A stretch of DNA of 35,290 bases from Puniceicoccales bacterium (lineage in GTDB: Bacteria > Verrucomicrobiota > Verrucomicrobiia > Opitutales > UBA953): contig JAITXH010000114.1 of the NCBI GenBank assembly GCA_031284845.1, positions 1 to 35,290 of the forward strand. The letters are read 5' to 3'. Within the stretch, counting starts at the first letter, position 1; each line of letters starts with the position of its first letter. The notes under the pieces are model-generated. The model saw only the letters and a program-made list of their open reading frames with translations, ran no database searches and had not been told where the DNA came from. Positions 27,003 to 34,362 of the stretch are shown here, piece by piece. The translations under genes were made by a program, and so were the position numbers.

Positions 27003-28145
27003 ATGACTCCGCCCCCGGAAAAGACCATTGATTACCTCCTCGCCGGACAAGGCGTGGCCGGGACTTTTCTTGCCCGCGCCCTCATTGAGCGGGGACGCCG
27101 GGTGCTGGTGGTGGACGACGACCAGCGGGCCTCTTCATCGCGTGTTGCCGCGGGCCTGCTCAACCCCATCACCGGGATGCGCCTGCATTTGGCAGAAGGA
27201 ACTGATGTGCTCCTTGCAGCGTCCAAAAAACTTTTTGCCCGGCTGGAGCGCGAACACGCACGCCCCGTTTTCACGCCGGTTCCCATCCGCCGCCTTTACG
27301 ATTCCGAAAAGGAAAAAGCGCTCAAAGCCCGCCGAGCCGCCGAGCCACGCTACGCCGCATTGATGTCCGGCGACGACGCGCCCGGCATCCGCACCGCAGG
27401 CGCGGCATTGGCCGATGCGCACGGGAGCTTCATCATCCACGGCGGCGGCTGGGTGGATCTGCCCTTGCTGCTCGATCTGGAAGCTGCGTGGCTGCGTGCG
27501 CGTGCGGCACTCATCAGTGGGCAAGTCCATCCCGACGACCTGCGTCCGGACGGTCGCGGCGGCGTTTTCTGGGGCGGGTGGCATGCACGGCACGGCGTGG
27601 TTTTCTGCAACGGTTATAAGGCCGGGCAACTCCCCTGCTGGAGCGGGCTCCCCTGGCAACCGGCCAAGGGGGAAATCATAGATTGCATCACCGATGCCGC
27701 CATTGCCCCGTGGATACTCAATCGTGCCGGCTGGGCCATCCCGCTGGGAGATGGGCGTTGGCGCTCCGGCTCCACATGGGAATGGAAGCAACTTGACGAA
27801 ACTCCGACGCCCGCGTTGGGCGAACAACTGCTTCTGCGCCTGCAAGGTTTTTTCGCGACACCGCTCAATGCTCGCCTGATATCGCACCGGGCCGGAGTGC
27901 GCCCCTGTGTCTTGGGCAATCACCCGCTTTGCGGCACACACCCGGAATTGCCATGGCTGCATCTGTTCGGAGGCCTGGGGCCGAAAGGCACTTTTTGGGG
28001 GCCGGCATGTGCAGAAGCTTTGGCGGACTGGCTGTGTGAAGGCATTCCTCTTCCTCCACGCATTGACCTTCGGGGAAGGAAATCAGCCAATGCGCAAAAA
28101 GCTTCAAAAGATGCCGGACTCCAGCCCGGCAAAACGGATAAATAA
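27003..28145 (+). CDS. FAD-dependent oxidoreductase (DAO family)
   Basis: The N-terminal dinucleotide-binding motif is DYLLAGQGVAGTFLARALIERGRRVLVVDD. The protein is about 380 aa. I place the start at ATG 27003. Confidence 0.8.
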   Translation: MTPPPEKTIDYLLAGQGVAGTFLARALIERGRRVLVVDDDQRASSSRVAAGLLNPITGMRLHLAEGTDVLLAASKKLFARLEREHARPVFTPVPIRRLYDSEKEKALKARRAAEPRYAALMSGDDAPGIRTAGAALADAHGSFIIHGGGWVDLPLLLDLEAAWLRARAALISGQVHPDDLRPDGRGGVFWGGWHARHGVVFCNGYKAGQLPCWSGLPWQPAKGEIIDCITDAAIAPWILNRAGWAIPLGDGRWRSGSTWEWKQLDETPTPALGEQLLLRLQGFFATPLNARLISHRAGVRPCVLGNHPLCGTHPELPWLHLFGGLGPKGTFWGPACAEALADWLCEGIPLPPRIDLRGRKSANAQKASKDAGLQPGKTDK

Positions 28146-28314
28146 TGCGCCACCTCTCCGCCTAAACCAGCGGCGAAGTATTGTGCTCCGGCAGAATCGG
28201 CCTGCCCTCCCCGTTCTGTGGAATATATTAGTACTATTTGATGAACTTTTTTGCAAAAAGTCGCTTGACGCCGGGCGCCGGATTCCCATTGTCAGTGCCT
28301 CTTTAATTTTCCGG

Positions 28315-28392
28315 GTCCCCTTCGTCTAGCCCGGCCTAGGACATCTGGTTTTCATCCAGGTAACTGGGGTTCGAATCCCCAAGGGGGCGCCA
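28315..28392 (+). tRNA. tRNA-Glu (anticodon UUC)
   Basis: Hand-folded cloverleaf. The acceptor stem is GTCCCCT/AGGGGGC, the D-stem GTCT/GGAC, and the anticodon stem TCTGG/CCAGG with loop TT-TTC-AT. The T-arm is TGGGG-TTCGAAT-CCCCA, with an encoded CCA. It is near-identical in outline to E. coli tRNA-Glu. Confidence 0.95.
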
Positions 28393-28401
28393 TTTTAAAA
28401 G

Positions 28402-28428
28402 CACCGGCTGCAAAGCCGGTGTTTTTTT
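28402..28428 (+). terminator. Intrinsic terminator after tRNA-Glu
   Basis: A perfect 8-bp stem CACCGGCT/AGCCGGTG with a GCAA loop is followed by T7. Confidence 0.75.
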
Positions 28429-28486
28429 GTGCCCGGCACGCACGCCTCTTGACGCGTCACCGCACACCGTCCATTCTGCGCCCACC

Positions 28487-29020
28487 ATGACCCCTTCTCT
28501 TTTTTCCCAGCTCGCAATTGAAAATAATTCTTCCCTCCCCTTTGAGGCCAGCCTCAGCACTGCCGCCGTCTTGCTCGCCGGAGGGCTGATTTTACTCGGG
28601 CTGGAAATCGTCCTCCCCGGAGCCATTTGTGGCATCATCGGCGGCATACTCGTCATCAGCGGCATCGCGCTCGCATTCTATACCGGGGGCATGATGGCGG
28701 GCATGATCGCGCTCGTCGTCTCGTTCATCGGCGTGGGCATCGGCTTCTGGTTTTACGTGCGCGTGCTGCCCAACACACGGTTCGGGAAAAGAATCTTTCT
28801 CGACAGCGCCATCACCGGCGCCGGCGCCGATGCCCCCGGCGATGACTCCCTCATCGGTTGTGCCGGTGCCACGCTCACCGTGCTGGCACCCAGCGGACTC
28901 GTGCGCGTGAAGGGCAAACCCTTTGAGGCCGTATCCCGGGACGGCTTTTTGGAGCGTGGCGAAGGCATCATCGTCCTCGGTAGGGAAACGCTCCGCCTCA
29001 TCGTTGGCAAAAACAAGTAA
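28487..29020 (+). CDS. NfeD-family membrane protein (short form: TM helices + C-terminal OB-fold)
   Basis: It has several Gly-rich TM helices (LLAGGLILLGLEIVLPGAICGIIGGILVISG). The C-terminal NfeD OB-domain reads GATLTVLAPSGLVRVKGKPFEAVS...GEGIIVLG. It lies immediately upstream of floA. Confidence 0.8.
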   Translation: MTPSLFSQLAIENNSSLPFEASLSTAAVLLAGGLILLGLEIVLPGAICGIIGGILVISGIALAFYTGGMMAGMIALVVSFIGVGIGFWFYVRVLPNTRFGKRIFLDSAITGAGADAPGDDSLIGCAGATLTVLAPSGLVRVKGKPFEAVSRDGFLERGEGIIVLGRETLRLIVGKNK

Positions 29021-29076
29021 GCCTGCTGCCGCCGCCCTTTTTTTCACTCAAATATTAAGACAAACCCGCTCACACC

Positions 29077-29175
29077 ATGGCCGTCGCTCCCTTCCCAACC
29101 GCAGCCGGTGCCCTCATCGTCGGTGCCGCCCTCATCCTCGGTGCCGTCATTTTCATTGCCCGCAGAACCAGGTAA
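29077..29175 (+). CDS. Candidate 32-aa single-TM micropeptide (not in the ORF track)
   Basis: ATG...TAA encodes MAVAPFPTAAGALIVGAALILGAVIFIARRTR. It has a hydrophobic helix with a basic C-terminus, and GC3-rich codons like its neighbours. It fills the nfeD-floA gap. No homology evidence. Confidence 0.4.
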   Translation: MAVAPFPTAAGALIVGAALILGAVIFIARRTR

Positions 29176-29220
29176 GTCCGCTCATTTTTCACTAACCACC
29201 ACCCAAAAAACACACACATC

Positions 29221-30270
29221 ATGACTCTCTCAACACAAACACTCGCCTTCGCGCTCGAAGACGGTCTGGGGTTCCTCCCCATCATACTCGGGGGCATCAT
29301 CGCGCTCGCATTCGGGATATTCCTCCTCAGCACGTTCACAATATGGCTACGCGCCCTGTTTGCCAAAGCCTACGTGGGTATCTGGCAACTCTTCGGCATG
29401 AGGATACGCAGTGTGCCCTGCTCCCTCGTCGTGGATGCACGCATCACCGCCCTCAAGGCCGGGCTGCAAATCGAGACCGATAGCCTCGAAGCACACTTCC
29501 TCGCCGGCGGTAATATCGTCCATACCGTGCAGGCCCTCATCGCCGCAGACAAGGCAGGCATCCCCCTCGACTGGAAACGCGCCTGCGCCATAGACCTCTC
29601 TACACGCGGCACGAACAAGTCCGTCCTCGAGGCCGTCCTCACCTCGGTAAACCCCAAGGTCATTGACTGCCCCAACCCCAAGAGCAGCGGGCGCGTCACC
29701 ATAGACGCAGTCGCCAAAGACGGCATTCAGGTGAAAGTCAAAGCGCGTGTCACCGTGCGCACCTCGCTGGAACGCTTCATCGGCGGCGCACAGGAAGAGA
29801 CCATCATCGCCCGCGTCGGCGAAGGCATCGTCACCACCATCGGCAGTTCAGATACCTACAAAACTGTGCTGGAAAATCCCGACCGTATCTCGAAGACCGT
29901 GCTCGCACGCGGCCTCGATGTGGGCACCGCCTTCGACATCATCTCCATAGACATCGCCGACGTGGACGTGGGCGAGAACATCGGCGCACAACTGCAAGCG
30001 GCGCAAGCCGAGGCAAACAAAAACATGGCGCAGGCCCACGCGGAAATCCGCCGCGCCGCCGCCGTCGCCGTCGAGCAGGAAATGAAAGCCAAAGTGCAGG
30101 AAATGCGTGCCCTCGTCGTCGAAGCCGAATCCAAAGTCCCCCTCGCTCTGGCCGAAGCCCTGCGCACGGGCAAGATGGGCTTCATGGACTTCTACCGGCT
30201 GGAAAACTTGAAATCGGACACCCAGATGCGCCACAACATCGGCCTGCCCGAAGACCAGGGGAAAAAATAA
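29221..30270 (+). CDS. floA: Flotillin-like protein FloA (SPFH domain, YqfA/UPF0365 family)
   Basis: 349 aa. It is collinear with B. subtilis YqfA/FloA (GMRIRSVP..., [54 protein letters not shown]) and has a C-terminal A/E-rich coiled coil. Confidence 0.9.
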   Translation: MTLSTQTLAFALEDGLGFLPIILGGIIALAFGIFLLSTFTIWLRALFAKAYVGIWQLFGMRIRSVPCSLVVDARITALKAGLQIETDSLEAHFLAGGNIVHTVQALIAADKAGIPLDWKRACAIDLSTRGTNKSVLEAVLTSVNPKVIDCPNPKSSGRVTIDAVAKDGIQVKVKARVTVRTSLERFIGGAQEETIIARVGEGIVTTIGSSDTYKTVLENPDRISKTVLARGLDVGTAFDIISIDIADVDVGENIGAQLQAAQAEANKNMAQAHAEIRRAAAVAVEQEMKAKVQEMRALVVEAESKVPLALAEALRTGKMGFMDFYRLENLKSDTQMRHNIGLPEDQGKK

Positions 30271-30285
30271 TCCGGGGGACACCCA

Positions 30286-30855
30286 ATGCTTAATTCACCG
30301 GCAGATATCCTCGCCGCGGGCGGGAGCGGAGTAGAACAGTTCATCGGCATCGTTATCGTTATCACGATAATGGTCGTCCAATGGCTGTTCAAAAAAGTCC
30401 TTTCGTCCAAGGATGACGCCGCCACCGCAGACGAAGCCGAAGCGTCCGACGCCGAACAGGAAAAACGGCTCCAGCGCATCCGCGAAGAAGTGGCCCGCCG
30501 TCAGGCCGCCACCCAAACTGCTGCCTACAGCGAGCCTCCCGCCATCGAGCCGCAAACACCGTTGGCACCGCCACCGCCCATCAACGCCTCTTGGGAGATC
30601 TCCGATGCATCGTCCACGCAAAAGATCGTAGATGATCTGGACGACGCCCGGCAGTCACTCGCACGCACGCGGCAAACGGCACAAGACATCCTGCGCGGTG
30701 TCCACATAACGCCTGCGCCCTTTTTGGTGGAGGCCACGGCCACGGCACCCACCGCAGCATCCCGCATCTGTGCTCTGCTGCGCGACCGCGAGTCCGTGCG
30801 CACGGCGATCGTTATGCGCGAAGTGCTCTCGCCTCCGCTTTCATTGCGGCATTAA
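30286..30855 (+). CDS. Hypothetical bitopic membrane protein (N-terminal TM, acidic/coiled-coil and Pro-rich linker); YqfB-position gene of the floA operon
   Basis: 189 aa. The TM helix is FIGIVIVITIMVVQWLF. The start is 15 nt after the floA stop. I recognise no family. Confidence 0.6.
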   Translation: MLNSPADILAAGGSGVEQFIGIVIVITIMVVQWLFKKVLSSKDDAATADEAEASDAEQEKRLQRIREEVARRQAATQTAAYSEPPAIEPQTPLAPPPPINASWEISDASSTQKIVDDLDDARQSLARTRQTAQDILRGVHITPAPFLVEATATAPTAASRICALLRDRESVRTAIVMREVLSPPLSLRH

Positions 30856-30865
30856 CCCCGCATCT

Positions 30866-31807
30866 ATGCCCTCCCACACCGACGCGGTTCAAGCTCCCTC
30901 GCTCCAGGAACGATTTCTCGGAGCATATCTTGGCTTTGCATCGGGCGATGCGTTGGGTGCCACTGTCGAATTCATGACAGCGGGCGAAATCCGCGCCACA
31001 TTTGGAGTCCATAACACGATACGCGGCGGGGGCTGGCTTCGTTTGAAACCCGGACAAATCACCGACGACACACAAATGTGCCTCGCCGTGGGCGATGCGA
31101 TGATCGCATCCGAAGCCACAGGCGGCTGGGATTTGCGCTGCGTCGCCGATGGATTTGTAAAATGGCTGCGCAGCCGCCCCGTGGACATCGGCAACACCTG
31201 CCGGCGCGGCATCCGCCGCTACATGCAAGACGGCTCCCTGCACGCTCCGGAACTCCACGACGACGCGGGTAACGGTGCCCTGATGCGCAACCTGCCCGTA
31301 GCCCTCGGCACTCCTCCTGTCCCGCTTGCGGAATTATTGGAAGGGCACGATCCGGTATTCACGCAGCGCAGCCTTGAGCAAGGCCGCATCACACACGGCA
31401 ACATTTTATCCGACGCATCAATACTGATGCTGGGGCAATTGACCCGCGTGCTACTGGCAGGCGGCGGGGTTGACGATTGCCACCGCGTCGCCGAACAGTG
31501 GATACGCCAGCACCCCAAATTCAATTTCACGCCTTGGCCGGGGCGCACCAGCGGCTACGTTGTGGACACCGTGCAAACCGTGCTGGACGGATTTTTCAGC
31601 GCCTCAAGTCTCGAAGAGTGCATCGTCTCGGTCGTCAACCGCGGCGGAGACGCCGACACGACCGGTGCACTGGCCGGACAACTCGCCGGGGCGCGTTGGG
31701 GCATAAAGGCGATTCCCACGCACTGGGTGGACAAGCTCGATCCCTCCGTGCGCAAAAAAATCAGCGAGCAGGTAGAGGCGTTGTTGCGTCTGGCAGTAGG
31801 ACAGTGA
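30866..31807 (+). CDS. ADP-ribosylglycohydrolase family protein
   Basis: ARH-family motifs are present: GAYLGFASGDALGATVEF, ITDDTQM, GNGALMR and GGDADTTGALAGQLAGA. I place the start at ATG 30866. Confidence 0.9.
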   Translation: MPSHTDAVQAPSLQERFLGAYLGFASGDALGATVEFMTAGEIRATFGVHNTIRGGGWLRLKPGQITDDTQMCLAVGDAMIASEATGGWDLRCVADGFVKWLRSRPVDIGNTCRRGIRRYMQDGSLHAPELHDDAGNGALMRNLPVALGTPPVPLAELLEGHDPVFTQRSLEQGRITHGNILSDASILMLGQLTRVLLAGGGVDDCHRVAEQWIRQHPKFNFTPWPGRTSGYVVDTVQTVLDGFFSASSLEECIVSVVNRGGDADTTGALAGQLAGARWGIKAIPTHWVDKLDPSVRKKISEQVEALLRLAVGQ

Positions 31808-32065
31808 TGAGAACATCTACCGCACTCTGGAAGAGTGGAAGCGGCATCCTGCCGCTTCGAGTGCGACGTCTTTCCATTAAAAATCGAGAGAAACCATAGT
31901 TACTGCCTGCTGGAAATCGCGGTACTTCCAAATTTCTCGCAAGTTCAAGAATTGGAGCTTGATAATAGGCGGATAATTCTTCTTCTCGCCCCCCGTTCGG
32001 GACACTTGGCAGACAAGGTAGTCTGCAAAGGATGTTCCGGATAAAACAACTCAAAAAAAACTCAC

Positions 32066-32413
32066 ATGAATTGGTATCTTGCTGTCTTGAAAAAATACGC
32101 CGTCTTCTCCGGACGCGCCCGAAGAAAAGAATACTGGCAGTTCTTTCTCTTCTACGTTCTCGTCATCGTCGCTCTTTCCATCCTAAGCGGCATTCTTGCC
32201 ACAATAGTGCCGGCTTTGGCTATCGTCGGGAGTCTCCTTGTGAGTCTCTATTATCTGGCGACACTCTTGCCATTGATTGGCGTTTCAATTCGCCGGCTCC
32301 ATGACACGGGTCGCAGTGGCTGGTGGGTATTGATTTCCCCCGTTGCCCTCTTCTTCAGCCTTCAGGACAGCCAGCCCGGCGACAACCAATACGGGCCGAA
32401 TCCCAAAGCCTGA
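32066..32413 (+). CDS. DUF805 (YhaH/YhaI-like) inner-membrane protein
   Basis: 115 aa. It carries SGRARRKEYWQFFLF and IRRLHDTGRSGWW, which are DUF805 signatures, plus three TM helices. Confidence 0.88.
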   Translation: MNWYLAVLKKYAVFSGRARRKEYWQFFLFYVLVIVALSILSGILATIVPALAIVGSLLVSLYYLATLLPLIGVSIRRLHDTGRSGWWVLISPVALFFSLQDSQPGDNQYGPNPKA

Positions 32414-32438
32414 TTCGTCTTTCCCTCAGCAACCAAAA

Positions 32439-32476
32439 CAGCCAAGCCGCTTACGCCGCTTGGCTGTTTTGTTTTT
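32439..32476 (+). terminator. Intrinsic terminator after the DUF805 gene
   Basis: A 9-bp stem CAGCCAAGC/GCTTGGCTG with a 10-nt loop is followed by TTTTGTTTTT. An A-run upstream suggests it could work in both directions. Confidence 0.7.
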
Positions 32477-32503
32477 CATAATGCGCGGCACCTTTGCCTT
32501 TAA

Positions 32504-32778
32504 TACCATTTCCCTTTCACCCGCATAATAATCGTGTCTCGGCACTCGTACCGCAGGTTTCCAAACCTGCCCCGCCGATAGGCGGATCTCGCTTTCAGAG
32601 CGAGACACCTAAGACCTATGACACACCGCAGATATGGTGTTTTTCGAAAGCGGACGGTATAAACGTATACCTTTACCTTATTCTGTGCATTTCAGCAGGT
32701 TTGGAAACCTGCGGTACAGCATAGCCGCTACGCTCCCTTTTGTTTCCAGATTATTATGCGTTTGAGCGGGAAATGGTA
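32504..32778. mobile_element. MITE-like nested inverted-repeat element / structured non-coding element upstream of nuoM
   Basis: The outer arms 32504-32533 and 32749-32778 match at about 25/30 (TACCATTTCCC...GCATAATAATC). The inner arms GTACCGCAGGTTTCCAAACCTGC (32548-32570) and 32695-32717 are exact reverse complements. TAA flanks both ends (32501-32503 and 32779-32781). Internal hairpins lie at 32572-32585, 32587-32605, 32623-32640 (followed by T5) and 32656-32671. Confidence 0.45.
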
Positions 32779-32844
32779 TAACCTGCGTTTTGGGCTGTTA
32801 TCCCGCCCGATTCTTCCTAAAACGTGCCCCCTCACTCATCATCC

Positions 32845-34362
32845 ATGAACCTTCTTCCCTGGACAATCTACCTGACGTTCGCCGGTGCGCTCGTCGCGTG
32901 GCTCGTCGGCAACCGTTCGCCCGCCGCCGCACGCTGGACGGCACTCGTCACTGCGCTCACGGGCGCAGGCATCACCCTCGCTGCGGCGTTCCAATTCCAG
33001 CCGGGTAATGCTCTCCAGACCCTCGTCAAGGTGCCGTGGGCCAGACGCCTCGCCGATTATCACCTCGCCGTGGACGGCATCAGCATGACCCTTGTCGTGC
33101 TCACCGGCATTGCCGCCATCGCCGGGATTTTGTTCTCGTGGAATATCACGCACCGCACGGGGGATTTCTTCGCGCTCTTCCTCGCGCTCATCGGCGGCGT
33201 CTATGGCGTCTTCATGAGCGCAGACGCCTTCCTGCTCTTCGTGTTTTACGAAATCGCCATCGTCCCGAAATACTTCCTCGTGGCGGTGTGGGGTTCCACC
33301 AACCGCGAATACGGCGCAATGAAACTCGTGCTGTATTCGTTCGCCGGAAGCGCACTCGTGATGGCGGGCTTGCTCTGGGCAAAAAGTCTGGGCGTGCCCT
33401 TTGACATGGCGCTCTTCGTAGAAGCTGCCCGCAAACTCTCCACTGCGCAGCAGACGGGTCTCTTTGCGCTGATTTTCACAGGCTTTGCTGTGTTGGCGGG
33501 CATGTTTCCGTTTCACACCTGGGCACCCACGGGGCACGTCGCCGCGCCGACAGGAGCCTCTATGTTGCTCGCCGGAGTGGTGATGAAGCTCGGCGCTTAC
33601 GGGTGCCTGCGCGTGGCACTGCCGGCGTTTCCGGCGGGCTTCGAGACCTTTCAACCCGTCATCGCCGCGCTCGCGATCATCGGGATCATCTACGCGGGAC
33701 TCATCGCGCTGGTGCAGACGGATTTCAAGTTCGTCATCGGTTATTCGAGCGTGAGCCACATGGGGTTTGTGTTGCTGGGGCTGGCAGCGGCGACGACCAC
33801 GGCCTTGAGCGGCGCGGTGCTGCAAATGTTTTCGCACGGCGTGGTGGCGGGGCTGCTCTTCGCGGTGGTAGGGCGCATGGTTTACGAGCGCACACACACC
33901 CGCGACCTTACGCACTTGCGCGAAATGCCGCTGCATAAGCTGCTGCCGTTTGCGGCGGTGGTGTTCGTGTTTGCGGGGCTGGCGTCCATGGGGATGCCGG
34001 GCTTCAGTGGATTTCCCGCCGAACTTTCCATTTTGATTGGCGTCTGGCAACATAGCCCCGTGTGGGCGGTGCTCGCCGCGCTGGGGATTCCGGTAGCAGC
34101 GGCGTTTACGCTGCGAGCCGTGGTGCTGGCGTTTTTCGGGAAAGGCAAGGGCACAGACTGCGAGGCCCGCGGAAGAGGAGAGGCGGGGCAAGCATCCCAC
34201 CATCCATTGCCGCCCATCACGCTTCCCGAAAAACTCGGTGCCGGGCTGTTGCTCGCCGTGAGTGTGCTCATCGGCTTGCGGCCCGACTTGTTGCTCGACT
34301 GGATTATTCCCGCTTTGAACTCTCCGCTTATGAAAATAGCCACCCAGGGAGGTGCCCAATGA
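32845..34362 (+). CDS. nuoM: NADH-quinone oxidoreductase subunit M (antiporter-like)
   Basis: About 505 aa and polytopic. NuoM motifs are present (HLAVDGISMTLVVLT, FVFYEIAIVPKYFLV, WGSTNREYGAMKLVLYSFAGS, FPFHTWAP). I place the start at ATG 32845. Confidence 0.92.
   Translation: MNLLPWTIYLTFAGALVAWLVGNRSPAAARWTALVTALTGAGITLAAAFQFQPGNALQTLVKVPWARRLADYHLAVDGISMTLVVLTGIAAIAGILFSWNITHRTGDFFALFLALIGGVYGVFMSADAFLLFVFYEIAIVPKYFLVAVWGSTNREYGAMKLVLYSFAGSALVMAGLLWAKSLGVPFDMALFVEAARKLSTAQQTGLFALIFTGFAVLAGMFPFHTWAPTGHVAAPTGASMLLAGVVMKLGAYGCLRVALPAFPAGFETFQPVIAALAIIGIIYAGLIALVQTDFKFVIGYSSVSHMGFVLLGLAAATTTALSGAVLQMFSHGVVAGLLFAVVGRMVYERTHTRDLTHLREMPLHKLLPFAAVVFVFAGLASMGMPGFSGFPAELSILIGVWQHSPVWAVLAALGIPVAAAFTLRAVVLAFFGKGKGTDCEARGRGEAGQASHHPLPPITLPEKLGAGLLLAVSVLIGLRPDLLLDWIIPALNSPLMKIATQGGAQ

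Noticed and set aside
31838-31858. A 9-bp GC-rich hairpin (GAAGCGGCA-TCC-TGCCGCTTC) after the ARH gene, considered as an intrinsic terminator.
   Set aside because: No U-tract follows, so I did not list it as a terminator. It may still be a Rho-dependent or structural 3'-end element.
31761-32054. A 97-aa minus-strand ORF and a 69-aa plus-strand ORF in the AT-rich spacer between the ARH and DUF805 genes.
   Set aside because: Third-position GC is low, unlike all confident genes. The minus ORF overlaps the ARH 3' end. No recognisable motifs are present, so this is treated as non-coding promoter or spacer.
28315-32413. A possible genomic island integrated at tRNA-Glu, covering the genes from nfeD to DUF805.
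   Set aside because: There is no integrase or recombinase. I could find no direct repeat of the tRNA 3' end downstream. Codon and GC character resembles the rest of the window, apart from short intergenic AT-rich spacers.
32548-32717. A CRISPR-repeat-like sequence, GTACCGCAGGTTTCCAAACCTGC.
   Set aside because: Only two copies exist, in inverted rather than direct orientation. There is no regular repeat-spacer periodicity and no cas genes in the window.
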